A DNA stretch of 64,000 nt from assembly GCF_009914755.1 (NCBI RefSeq), contig NC_060928.1; one strand, 5' to 3'. A program made the translations under genes and the position numbers. Below are positions 52,595 through 64,000 of this stretch, piece by piece (the stretch's first letter is position 1; every line of letters begins with the position of its first letter). The DNA is from the human T2T-CHM13v2.0 reference genome, Homo sapiens. The notes beneath the pieces were generated by a model. The model searched no databases. It was not told the origin of the DNA and was given only the letters and a program-made list of their open reading frames with translations.

Positions 52595-54172
52595 CTTTTT
52601 ACAATTGATTAATGGCAAAGATGCCACTGCAATGCAGTGAGGAATATGATGGTTCTGCATCCATTGAATCTGCATTTGAAAAACAAAATAATATAAACTC
52701 TAATCTTTCCTTTGACACCACACCTAATGGATCACAGACCCAAATGTAAATGCTTAAAAAGCATCTAGAAAATAAGTAAGAGGAATTATGTCCTTGAGAT
52801 AGGCAAATATTTCTTCAAAAGAACACACATAAAAGCAATAACTATAAAAATAAAAGGTTGATATATTGAACCTTATTAAAATTGAAAATCTTTTGTGGTC
52901 AAAAGCCTCTGTTAAGAAAGTATAAAGACCAGACATGGAAAGATGTTGAAATCTACCTATTCAACAGAGGACTTACAAAGAGCTACAATATCAGGAAGAA
53001 AAAACAACTCAGTTTTTTAAAAGTGGGCAAGAGAGTAGAATAAGCACTTCACAAAGGAAGACATCCAAGTGGCCAAAAAGCAGATTAAAATATTCTCAAC
53101 ATTGTTTGTCATTAGGGAAATTCAGTTTAAAACCACAATAAGATATCTATACAACCAGAATAATAACTAACATTTCTAAAACTGACAATAATACCAAGTA
53201 GCAGCTGCAGCAACTGAACTCAGAAACATTTCTGGTAGGAATACAAATTGTCACAATAACTTTGGAACACTGTATAGCAGTATCTTCCAAACCTAAACAT
53301 ACAGGGATCCAATGATCTAGCACTTCCACCCCAGATGCATACACAAGTACATATGTTCACTGAAAGTCAAGTGCAAGAACGTTCAAAAGAGCCAAAACTA
53401 GAAGCAACACATATGTTTATCAACAGTAGAGATGATAAAATATATTTGGATATATTCACACAAGGAATCCTACAAGCAATGCAAAAGATCAGACTACAGC
53501 CACAAAAAAACAGCATGGATGGACTTTACAGACATAATGCTGAGTGAAAAGAAGAAACAAAAACAGTATTTACCATATAATGCCATTTATATCAAGTTCA
53601 GAACAGGCAAAACTAACTTAGAATGACAGAAGTCAGAAGAGCCATTGCCTTTGGAAGGTATTGACTGCAAGGAGGCCCAAAGGAGCCTTCCAGGCTCCTG
53701 GAAATATTCTAGATCTTGACCTGTTTGGTGGATACATAGGTTATATGGTTTGGCTTTGTGTCCCCACCCAAATCTCATCTTGAATTATACACCCATAATT
53801 CCCACACGTTGTGGGAGGAACCCGGTGGGAGATAATTGAACTATGGGGACAGTTTCCCCCATACTGTTCTCATGGTAGTGAATAAGTCTCACGTGATCTG
53901 ATGGTTTTATTAGAGGTTTCTGCTTTTGCATCTTCCTCATTTTCTCTTATTGCTGCCATGTAAGAAGTGCCTTTCACCTCCCACCATGATTCTGAGCCCT
54001 CCCCAGCCAGGTGGAGCTATAAGTCCAATTAAACCTCTTTTTCTTCCCAGTCGTGGGTATGTCTTTATCAGCAGCATGAAAATGGACCAACCCGATAGGT
54101 ATATACATGTGCGAAAATTTATCACACTGTACATTTAAGATACATGACCTTACTGCATATAACTCAATAGAA
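52595..54172 (+). mobile_element. Old L1M (L1ME-like) ORF2 end + 3'UTR, interrupted by THE1
   Basis: 'aagcacttcacaaaggaagacatccaagtggccaa...cattagggaaattcagtttaaaaccacaataagata...tagatcttgacctg...tgtacatttaagat'. Confidence 0.85.
53741..54094 (+). mobile_element. THE1 (A/B-like) MaLR solo LTR
   Basis: 'tatggtttggctttgtgtccccacccaaatctcatcttgaatt...gtctttatcagcagcatgaaaatggac'; perfect TSD ATAGG (53736-40 / 54095-99). Confidence 0.94.
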
Positions 54173-54579
54173 ATAGAAGTTGTTGTTGTTTTCTGATTAC
54201 AAAGAGAATACATGCAAGGAAAATACTTAGATATACAACATAAAAAGTTACAAATCAACCATAATACCATCTAGAGTGATAAGGGAATATATTGATATGC
54301 ATAACAAACTTAAGATCATATTACACACACAATCTTCTATTTCTTTCCTCTTAAAATGAAAGCTTTGTGCCATAAAATTTTCTAGGTTTTAATGTCTACA
54401 AAGTATTCCAACACATAGAATTATTTTTAACCTATCCCTTATTAATGAACATTTTAAATGTTTTTAATGTTTAAAATACTTTTAAAAAATTCTAATGCTT
54501 ATAATTTTTGCTATTATACATTACAATAGATGAATATCCCTATATAGTCTTTGATGACACACATAAAATACATTTGAGA

Positions 54580-55047
54580 GGATGGAACTGGAGGTCATTA
54601 TGTTATGTGAAATAAGGCACAGAAAGACAAACATCACATGTTCTTACTTATTTATGTGATCTAAAAATCAAAACAATTGAACTCATGGAGATAAGAGTAG
54701 AAGGATGGTTACCAGAGGGTGGGAAGATTAGTGGGGGATGCGGGGCATGGAGGGGGTGGTTAATGGTAATAGGTACAAAAAAATAGTTAGAAAAAATGCA
54801 TAAGACCTAGCGTTTGAAAGCACAGCAGGCTGACTATAGTCAATAATAATTTAATTGTACATTTTAAAATAACTAAAAGAGTTATTGGATCATTTGTAAC
54901 ACAAATAAATGCTTGACTAGATGGATATCCCACTTTCCATGATGTGATTATTATGCATTACATGCCTGTATCAAAATATCTCATGTATCCCATAAACATA
55001 TACACCTACTATGTACCTACAAAAAAATTAAAAAATTAAAAAATATT
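54580..55047 (+). mobile_element. L1MA (MA1-3-like) 3' end, 5'-truncated
   Basis: 'ggatggaactggaggtcattatgtt...gtcaataataatttaattgtacattttaaaataactaaaagag...catatacacctactatgtacc'; degenerate TSD aaatacatttgaga / aaatgcatttcaga. Confidence 0.9.
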
Positions 55048-56206
55048 TAAATGCATTTCAGAAAGGAAAATACTAAACCCAACAATGTAAACATTTTCTA
55101 GAGTACTTATGATGTAGTATATTGTCAAATTAGCATCAAGAATATAGTACCATAATAGTTTTTGCCTGTTAATTTTATTTATGTGTATGTACAGGGTTGC
55201 TTTCTAATGCAAATAACCAAAATTATATAACCTTGGCAAAGTAATACATTTTTAATGCTGACACAGACATATCAAGCAAGAAAAATTAGGTATACAGAAG
55301 TCACTCAACTTCAAATGCAGATTATATTAACTTTTCTTCAAGTAGACTTATTGAAAAAGTCTTTAATACTTCTGAGATATATAGAAATACAAAATAAAGT
55401 ATTACTTTCTTCCCCAAAGCAGTAAAAAGTTGTATACTTAAGACTCTTCTCTTCTGTGCAAGTAAATCTCTATACCTATTCTTAAATGACATTTGTCTAT
55501 AAATTTTTTTTAAAGGACGTCACTGCTAGAGTGGTATCTTCATTAGAAATGCCTCTGTAACAAACACTGTTGCTACTCCCTAATGCTGATGTTACACTGA
55601 AATTTTCATTCCTCCAGAATCGATGCAAATCATATCAAACACTACACCATACAACAAAGAAAAAGAGATAGCAAATGGAAGTATATTAGCATAGCAAATC
55701 CTTAGCAATACATGACTTACTGCATGCACCAAAAATAATATTCACATCTGAAAAAATTTTGCAACGCATTAAACCCTAGCATTTATATATTTTTTTCTAT
55801 TCTAAAGTAAAATTGACCAAACAACTTAAAACCAACTTTTTCTTAAGGAAAGAAGAGAGAGAGAATTGACATATAAACATAAATCTGAATTGGTCATATG
55901 ACTAATAATATCTATGTACAAATTATCCTTTCCAGGGATATCTCACAGTAAATTCAACAAAATACAACTTCAATGTATGTCTCTGACTCCCTGTCACATA
56001 TGCATATACATGCACACAGAAAAACACTATGAATTTAACATACAGGTGAATTTGCAATTATTTCTCATTGGTCGAAATAAGACATAAAAGCAAAGCATTT
56101 TGCTTTTATTAAGATGAACAATAATTTATAAGGTGATATGATTTTCATCCCAGGTAAGAAAATGGTCATTGACTAAGAAAGCAGTAGTGGCAGACAGAGA
56201 TTGTTC

Positions 56207-56430
56207 CAGGGGCTGCAAATTCAAGTGCCCACAGGGACTACACAGGTATCGTAGATGCATGAGGAAGCTGAGCTGAATCCCGGCAACCTACAACACACAA
56301 GCCATCCTAACGGCATTAGCGGCAGCCAGTTGTTGTCGTAGTAGAAATGCCCACCTTATGCTTCAGATTTTATCATTTTTCATGAGAGGGATTTTTTAAT
56401 GCTGGATTTTAAAAAGCTTCTAATTAATAC
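56207..56430. mobile_element. MER102-like hAT relic
   Basis: 'caggggctgcaaattcaagtgcccacaggga...caggtatcgtagatgcatga'. Confidence 0.55.
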
Positions 56431-56739
56431 TCAAAATTTTTTAACCATGTGCGAGCCTTACTAAACATGGATTTATCCCAAAGTAATTCAGTTTGCAGTC
56501 TCTATCTAGTCCATAAAGGAGAAATAATCTGCCCAAAATCACACAGTAGGGCACTGGCACATCCAAAAGAGGTTTGTCCTTCCAAGAGGCGTGCCCACCA
56601 CTGCCACCCAGTATGCTGCATTCTCTGACAAAGTTGTATTCCAAAACCACGTTTTGTCACTTGTTCTCTGGGGCACCACTATGAATCTGGGCTATTACGC
56701 TTTTCCTTTTCTATTAGAGTCTCTCTCCTAGTCTCAATT

Positions 56740-57165
56740 ATCAAAACTCCAATTAGATCAGCCTCCCATGCATCTGAGGTTCCTTCTCACGTTCGTACTT
56801 TCGTTCAGGCTCTTCTCCCTCCCTAGAAGATGCCCATTACTCTGCCCTCCTTAGTCCTGCCCACCTCTGAGGGCCAGACTTAAATACTGTATTTCTAGGA
56901 AGATTTCTTTGAAGCTCACAATGAAGTCTTCTTCTTTGAAATACTACTGCACTTCTAATCAGTACAGTGCCATATTATCTATTGATTATGCTTCCTGTTT
57001 TGTAGTATTTATATACCCAAATCTACTATAAATTCCTTTAGAGTTCAAACTCTGTCTTTTCCTTCTTTCACACCATCTACATTCTAACATATTACTAATT
57101 CTAACATATTAATTCTAACATATTAGTGAGCAGGTGCTAAATACTCAAGAAATAGTCTTGACTGG
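56740..57165 (+). mobile_element. LINE-2 3' fragment
   Basis: 'ttcaggctcttctccctccctagaagatgccc...agggccagacttaaatact...gagcaggtgctaaa'. Confidence 0.55.
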
Positions 57166-57244
57166 TTGACCTCATACCTCTTCCAGGCTACATAAGGATG
57201 CCATAAATAATCCTGGAAATTATTTGCTATACTATTTTAGCATC

Positions 57245-57703
57245 TCTATTAGTTTCTGAGAGCTGCCATAACAAAATGCTGCAAGCTTAGTGTGAAACAA
57301 TGAACATTTATTCTCTCACAGTGCTGGAGGCTGTAAGTCAGAAATCAGGCTATCGGCAGGACCATGCTCTCTCTGAAGGCTCTAGAGGAGCCTCGTTTCT
57401 TGCTTCTTGCTTCTGGTGGTTGCCAGCAATCCTTGGAGTTCTCTGCCTTGTAGCTGGATCACTCCAGTCTCTGCCTCTGTCTTCCCATTGCCTTCTCCCA
57501 ATGTGTCTGCGTCTCTGTGTCCACATTTCCCTCTTCTCATAAGGACACCAATTATATTGGATTTAGGGGCCCTCTCAAATCCAGTAGGACCTCATCTTAA
57601 CCTGATTACATCTCCAAAGACCGTCTCTCCAAATAAAATTAAAATAACATCCATAGGTTTCTGGTGGACATAAATTTTGAGGGGACAGTATTCCATTTTA
57701 TAT
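57245..57703 (-). mobile_element. MLT1C-like MaLR solo LTR
   Basis: 'tattagtttctgagagctgccataacaaa...tttattctctcacagtgctggaggc...ataaggacacc...cctcatcttaacctgattacatct...ttttgaggggacagtattc'. Confidence 0.88.
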
Positions 57704-57756
57704 AGCAGCTAACCTATTCAGGGTTGATTTTATGTAGAATTCAAAATAGCAGTAAC

Positions 57757-57785
57757 CACTGGAGAATAAACAATATTCTCCAGTG
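57757..57785. repeat. Perfect inverted repeat (12-bp stem, 5-nt loop)
   Basis: CACTGGAGAATA-aacaa-TATTCTCCAGTG. Confidence 0.9.
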
Positions 57786-59539
57786 AGTTTTCGTTGCCTA
57801 CATATTTTAAAGGAGTATCATAATTTGGGGTATTTGGAGAAACCCACTCATAACAAAACTAAAAAAACTATTTTGAACTAGAGAAAGTTTCAAATTTTGA
57901 ATTAGAGAAAGTTCAAAATTATAAAAAATTGGCTGATTTTAGGCTCTCTTGCCCCATGCGTTTTAAAGTATAGATTTAAACACTTCAGTAATCCATGGGA
58001 AGACCTATGAGAAAGCTAAATAATATAATAAGGAGAAATAATCTGCCCAAAGTCACACAGTGGAAAAAGAAGAAGAGATGACAGAAAGGCCTTGTCCCCC
58101 ATTTCCTTGCATCATTTGAAGGGTTTCTCTGATCTTGTCTGACAGTTACTATGTTATCTATTACTGTGCCTATGGTAGCACTTACATAAATCAAGTAAAT
58201 AGATCTAGCCTCTAGCCACCAGAAGTTTGCAATTTACAGACATTTACATAAATTAATAATTTATATTAGGCTGGCAGTATGACACATTGGAAAGATCCCT
58301 AAGTAATCATCACAGCCCTGCCATTACTAATTGTGGGACCTGAACAGGTTGCATAATCTCTCTCCATAGCACTTCTTCACTTGAAAATTAAAGTGGGACA
58401 GCCTAGATTATCTCTAAAGTCCCTTCCAACTCTAAGTAGAAAGGCGGAGTTTTCTATGTTTATTGAATCTATGTTTATTGAACCTCTGAGTTGGAGGGTA
58501 TCTCAGAAGTTAAATAGCAGAAGGGACCAACACTCATTCTTCAGTTCAAAGTTTCAAAAGATTAAAATAGCATTTCAATACATCACTTCCACTGAAACAG
58601 GGTGGGTAAAACGTTGGTTGGAGAATGGAAAATCTATTGATAAAGGAAGAGACAAGTAAGGTGGACCTGGGAGGTGAGAACTAGGGAACACAAGAGAATA
58701 TGGGAAGTAGGCAGGCAAATTAACTGAGAAGGGTAAAGGGAGAAGCCGTGCCGGGGCCAGAAGTGAAGAAGAACAGAACAGGAATTATAGAGAGAAACTG
58801 CTGAAAATTCATTTCAGAGTCCAAAGACTGAAAACATTCCTCACCTAGCAAGGATGGAGACATACATTTCTCCATTTCAGAAAATTCATGCAAAATAACT
58901 AGAATAAATACTCTTGAATAAGGGATGGAACTTTCTAAGTCATTCCATTGTAAAAATTTGAAGCAGTGCAATCACATGATATTATGAGAAAGTCAGCCCC
59001 TATTGGTGCCCTTAGCCACTTCCTTTCACTCATCTCTGATTTTTCAGCCTCAGCTGCAGTGGACAGTTCCAAACAAGCTCAGACATGACTTTTTTTGGCA
59101 GCAACCTGAATCCAGGAGGCACCATACCTTTCTTCTTTATGGCTGGGGCCTTCTCAACTCCAAGGAAACCTGCTCAGCCCTTGAACAAGCCCATTCTGAA
59201 GTACTAGAAGAGTTAATGTCCCCAGGGGCAATCTTCAATCAATGAGGGATGGCAGCTAATGCTCCCAAGTGCTTCTGCCTCAAGTCCTTGTAAAGACAAC
59301 CCTGGGATACCTGATTTGCCTTCAGGAAGTCTTGATCAATCAAGCCCTACTGCCCAAGGCAGAAACCTCTTCCTCTATCTCTCTTTCTACTCTCTCCCTC
59401 ACTCCTGTCCCTCTAAAGTGACTTCCAAAATATACCACTTACACCCAAGTCCTTCTCAGTCTCTGCTGCAGACTCAGATGTTTCAAAAAGTTGTCTCCTT
59501 AGAGAAAGCTCTTGAAAGTAATGAGAAGTAGTCAAACTT

Positions 59540-59710
59540 CAAGAGCAACGGTGGTATTGGGAGGCACGAAACCTGGAGTCTAGTTCTGTTACTAAGTGGC
59601 TGTATGACCTTAGACAAGTCAGCTAACTCATCCAATCTGTGGTTTTTCACATCCGTAAAATGTAGCTATCAGGCTAGATATCTTAGGTTTTTCCAGTTAA
59701 CATGGTCTTT
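59540..59710 (+). mobile_element. MIR SINE
   Basis: 'acctggagtctagttctgttactaagtggctgtatgaccttagacaagtca...ttttcacatccgtaaaatg'. Confidence 0.7.
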
Positions 59711-59973
59711 AATTTGAAAATATATCTCCCAATCTATAGTTCAGAAATTATGAGATCAAAGAGATAAGGTTCCACTGCACCTAGATTGTTGGGATGCAAT
59801 TGCAACTACAGTGTATTATGATTCAAAACCTTAATGAGAGCCTGCAGTGATAGAACTTGATTCACAGTTTCAGCAGTGAGGCTTATTTCTATTCCAGGCT
59901 CTCAAATACTCTAATAACCAAATCAAATAGAATATCTACACTTTTTGTCAGAAAGAATGGTATCAATGACTTA

Positions 59974-60355
<382 letters not shown>

Positions 60356-61222
60356 CAAATTTACAAGAAAAAAACAAACAACCCCATCAAAAAGTGGGTG
60401 AAGGACATGAACAGACACTTCTCAAAAGAAGACAATTATGCAGCCAAAAAACACATGAAAAAATGCTCACCATCACTGGTCATCAGAGAAATGCAAATCA
60501 AAACCATAATGAGATACCATCTCACACCAGTTAGAATGGCAATCATTAAAAAGTCAGGAAACAACAGGTGCTGGAGAGGATGTGGAGAAATAGGAACACT
60601 TTTACACTGTTGGTGGGACTGTAAACTAGTTCAACCATTGTGGAAGTCAGTGTGGCGATTCCTCAAGGATCTAGAACTAGAAATACCATTTGACCCAGCC
60701 ATCCCATTACTGGGTATATACCCAAAGGACTATAAATCATGCTGCTATAAAGACACATGCACACATATGTTTATTGCGGCACTATTCACAATAGCAAAGA
60801 CTTGGAACCAACCCAAATGTCCAACAATGATAAACTGGATTAAGAAAATGTGGCACATATACACCATGGAATACTATGCAGCCATAAAAAATGATGAGTT
60901 CATGTTCTTTGTAGGGACATGGATGAAATTGGAAATCATCATTCTCAGTAAACTATCGCAAGAACAAAAAAACAAACACCGCATATTCTCACTCAAAGGT
61001 GGGAATTGAGCAATGAGAACACATGGACACAGGAAGGGGAACATCACACTCTGGGGACTGTTGTGGGGTGGGGGGAGGGGGGAGGGATAGCTTTAGGAGA
61101 TATACCTAATGCTAAATGACGAGTTAATGGGTGCAACACACCAGCATGGCACATGTATACATATGTAACTAACCTGCACATTGTGCACATGTACCCTAAA
61201 ACTCAAAGTATAATTAAAAAAA
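60356..61222 (+). mobile_element. Sense 3' segment of the same L1PA2/PA3 (ORF2 C-terminus, 3'UTR, poly-A)
   Basis: ORF 60398-61009 is ORF2p C-terminus with the cysteine-rich motif [18 protein letters not shown]; GAG rather than ACA at the L1HS-Ta diagnostic site; TSD AAAGAATCT (59988-96 / 61223-31). Confidence 0.97.
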
Positions 61223-61342
61223 AAAGAATCTATATGAGTGGTTCTACTAAATATCCTAAATAAATTGTAAACCTGTTTTGTAACCCCAAGACAGATATGT
61301 ACTGCTCTCATTTGTAACATACCTCCTTTTAAATTTTTAAAT

Positions 61343-61472
61343 TTTTTTTTTTTTAAACAGAGACAGGATATCAGTATGTTTTCCAGGCTGGTCTCACACT
61401 CTTGGCCTCAAGCAATCTTCTCTCCTCAGCCTCCCAAAGTGCTGGGGTTACAAGAATAAGCCGCCACACCCA
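61343..61472 (-). mobile_element. FLAM_C-like free left Alu monomer
   Basis: Poly-T plus a single arm 'ccaggctggtctc...ggcctcaagcaatc...cagcctcccaaagtgctgggg'; flanks share ctccttttaaat. Confidence 0.85.
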
Positions 61473-62387
61473 TCCTAGATCTCCTTTTTTAAATAGAAAA
61501 ATTGAGTTCTGTAAAATATAATCAGATTAATTTTAAATGCCACTGTAATCAAATATTCATAATTCCATTAAATCATATGTCTTAATCCATGATAACTAAA
61601 ATATAGCCCCAAATTAGTGCACATGTTTAAGCAGCACTGTAGCATGTTTTGTGTCATGAGAAACTATTTAAGGAACAGCTTCTGACAACATTGTTTACAA
61701 ATCAGAAAAACAGCAGAAAAATTTGCATTTGTTTGTCCTTGGCATTTCTTTTCTGCATCAGCTTCTCACTTCACAGGAGACTATGTCTCTTACACATGAA
61801 GCATTTTAGAACACAATCTAGTCAGCTAGCATACATTCTGCAGAGATTCTATTTATAGAACTCAGAGAATAAAGCAGCAGAAAAAAAGGAGATGTGCAGT
61901 TACGAACGTCTAACATAAATTAATTGGTGAGGAGGAAGCAACCCAACCTGAACGATGCCTATAAAAAAGTCTAACATCCTTCTGCTCAAGTCTGACCTCT
62001 TTGAAGAACTCAAAAGAGAAGAAGCGACAGTACCTTGGAGGCACTCCTGTGGCCAAATTCAATTTCAATTCCACGTTTGTTTGTATGACTAAGTGCCCAG
62101 TTCTGAGACTCAGCAGCAATAGCAGAGGTTTACTGTTTGTTTCAGATGGTTTTTTATCAGGCAAGGATTATTTCTCATGCTACTACAGCATCTTATTACT
62201 GATAAGTAATAAGATGTAAACCCCATTCTCTTTCCTGGGGTTTTTAAAGCTAATAAATGTGGCTTATATGCTCATCGAAGTCATTCCATATTTGAAATAT
62301 TTATGCCAGGAAATAGAAAAATGTTACTTTTCAGATATCAGGGAAGAAAATCATCCATTTTAAAAATTAGCATTAGCATTGCGAGCT

Positions 62388-62669
62388 TCACGCCTGTAAT
62401 CCCAGGACTTTGGGAGGCCAAGGCGGGAGGATCACCTGAGGTCAGGAGTTCGAGGCCAACCTGGCCAACATAGTGAAACCCCATCTCTATTAAAAATACA
62501 AAAATTAACTGGGTGTGGTGGCATGCGCCTATAGTCCCAGCTACTCTGGGGCTGAGGCAGGAGAATCTCTTGAACCTGGGAGGCGAAGGTTGCAGTGAGC
62601 TGAGGTTGTTCCACTGTGCTCCAGCCTGGGTACCTGGGTGGCAGAGGGAGCCTCCGTCTCAAAGATAAA
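62388..62669 (+). mobile_element. AluSx-like with atypical 5' junction
   Basis: Dimer lacking the first ~18 nt; TSD TAAAAATTAGCATT (62361-74 / 62670-83); internal 'cctgggta cctgggtg' duplication. Confidence 0.95.
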
Positions 62670-62879
62670 TAAAAATTAGCATTTATCATCATACATGCTG
62701 GAAAGGAAGTGCTGGTAATGAAAGGTAAGCATTTTCTTTGCTCTCTTCCTTACAGTCCATTTGAAGCAAGATCTGTGTCATCTCGAAGTCTCTAAATGTG
62801 GTCACATTTTATTTCTATTGTTAATTCATGGCAGGTAAGGCAAGGCACAAATCTGACATCAATTAGAAGTGGTGTTTGC

Positions 62880-63050
62880 CAATCTGTGCCAGGCATTGAG
62901 CTAAGTGTTTTATGTAGGTAATCACATTTAAATCTCACCAAATCATGTTGAGCATCTTGAAGAACTAACCTGTCCAAGATCATATAAAAAGCAAGTTTCA
63001 GAATCAATGTTTAAACCGAGTCTATCAGATTCAAAATCATAATCACTCCT
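62880..63050 (-). mobile_element. MIR SINE
   Basis: 'tgtgccaggcattgagctaagtgttttatg...catttaaatctcacca...taacctgtccaagatcata'. Confidence 0.7.
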
Positions 63051-63433
63051 ACAGCAGTCTATACAAAATCTAGAAATTCCAGAGATGACTGTAATTAGAA
63101 AAGAATTAAACTAAAGATACACAAAGTTCCCAGTCATAGTCTCTGAGGCTTTAGTGCCTGGAAAGAAGATCCAATATAATAATAGCATTATCAAAAATTA
63201 TTTTGCTATTTTATTCAACAGTATACTACTTTTAGGCATATAACTCAAAAGTCGATTTCAGAATAATTAAGAGTTGAACCACTAAAGAAAATATACATTG
63301 AGAAAATTTGTGTAAAAATAATATTTTAATCTAAAGAGAAATAATCTACTTACAAGAAATTCAAGTGGGATGTCGCAGGACTATTTCTTTGCCATCATTA
63401 GAATGCAGGGTTAGACTAATAATTCTCTGGTAC

Positions 63434-63496
63434 TAACCAAATCTAAATAGTATAATAAAACTGAAATAACTAAATCTAAATAGTATAATAAAACTG
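63434..63496. repeat. 33-bp tandem duplication
   Basis: TAAC(C/T)AAATCTAAATAGTATAATAAAACTG at 63434 and 63467. Confidence 0.9.
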
Positions 63497-63603
63497 TACA
63501 GCTTCTCTTTGAGGTAGAAAGTTCCCAGCAAAGGTTTTAGAGAAGCAACATCAACATCAGAGTTTAAGAGAAGGGCATTTTATACATTATAAGAGCTAGT
63601 TTA

Positions 63604-63944
<341 letters not shown>

Positions 63945-64000
63945 CTACTTTTGATAGTTACTAGAAGGGGGTGTCCAATAAAAAAGGCAGCAGATAAGCA

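Noticed and set aside
60398-61009. 203-aa ORF as a host gene
   Set aside because: It is the L1 ORF2p C-terminus inside a truncated, inverted, promoterless L1.
61062-61087. G-quadruplex-forming G-tract
   Set aside because: A standard, known feature of the L1PA 3'UTR and not specific to this locus.
61910-62164. Resemblance of 'PPRYCRFFSFEFFKE' to a mitochondrial-carrier helix
   Set aside because: Only a short aromatic pattern; no PX(D/E)XX(K/R) signature and no companion exons.

Overview
AT-rich, CpG-depleted primate (most likely human) non-coding DNA, probably a large intron or an intergenic stretch. I could not support any protein-coding exon, RNA gene or CRISPR-like system. Every long ORF in the track that I could assign comes from an Alu, L1 or LTR; the rest look like chance frames. 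The window is a layered transposon landscape: about 13 Alu-family elements, L1s from young L1PA to old L1M, MaLR/ERVL/ERV1 solo LTRs, hAT and mariner relics, and many MIR/L2 fragments, with several nested insertions that retain target-site duplications (TSDs). Subfamily names come from recalled consensus sequences, not a RepeatMasker run, and boundaries of old elements are approximate. Best leads: (1) a ~97-bp retro-insertion with a perfect 18-bp TSD whose body is ancient L1M sequence ending at an ATTAAA signal (44434-44566); (2) a twin-primed, 5'-inverted L1PA (59988-61231); (3) a hairpin-rich candidate exon between inverted Alus (35733-36151), downstream of a CpG-retaining patch and TE-borne splice donors; (4) an RFX X-box next to a forkhead motif (~41980-42020); (5) a head-to-head Alu pair only 83 bp apart; (6) a MADE1 hairpin of the miR-548 type. 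I found no evidence for a novel biological system.
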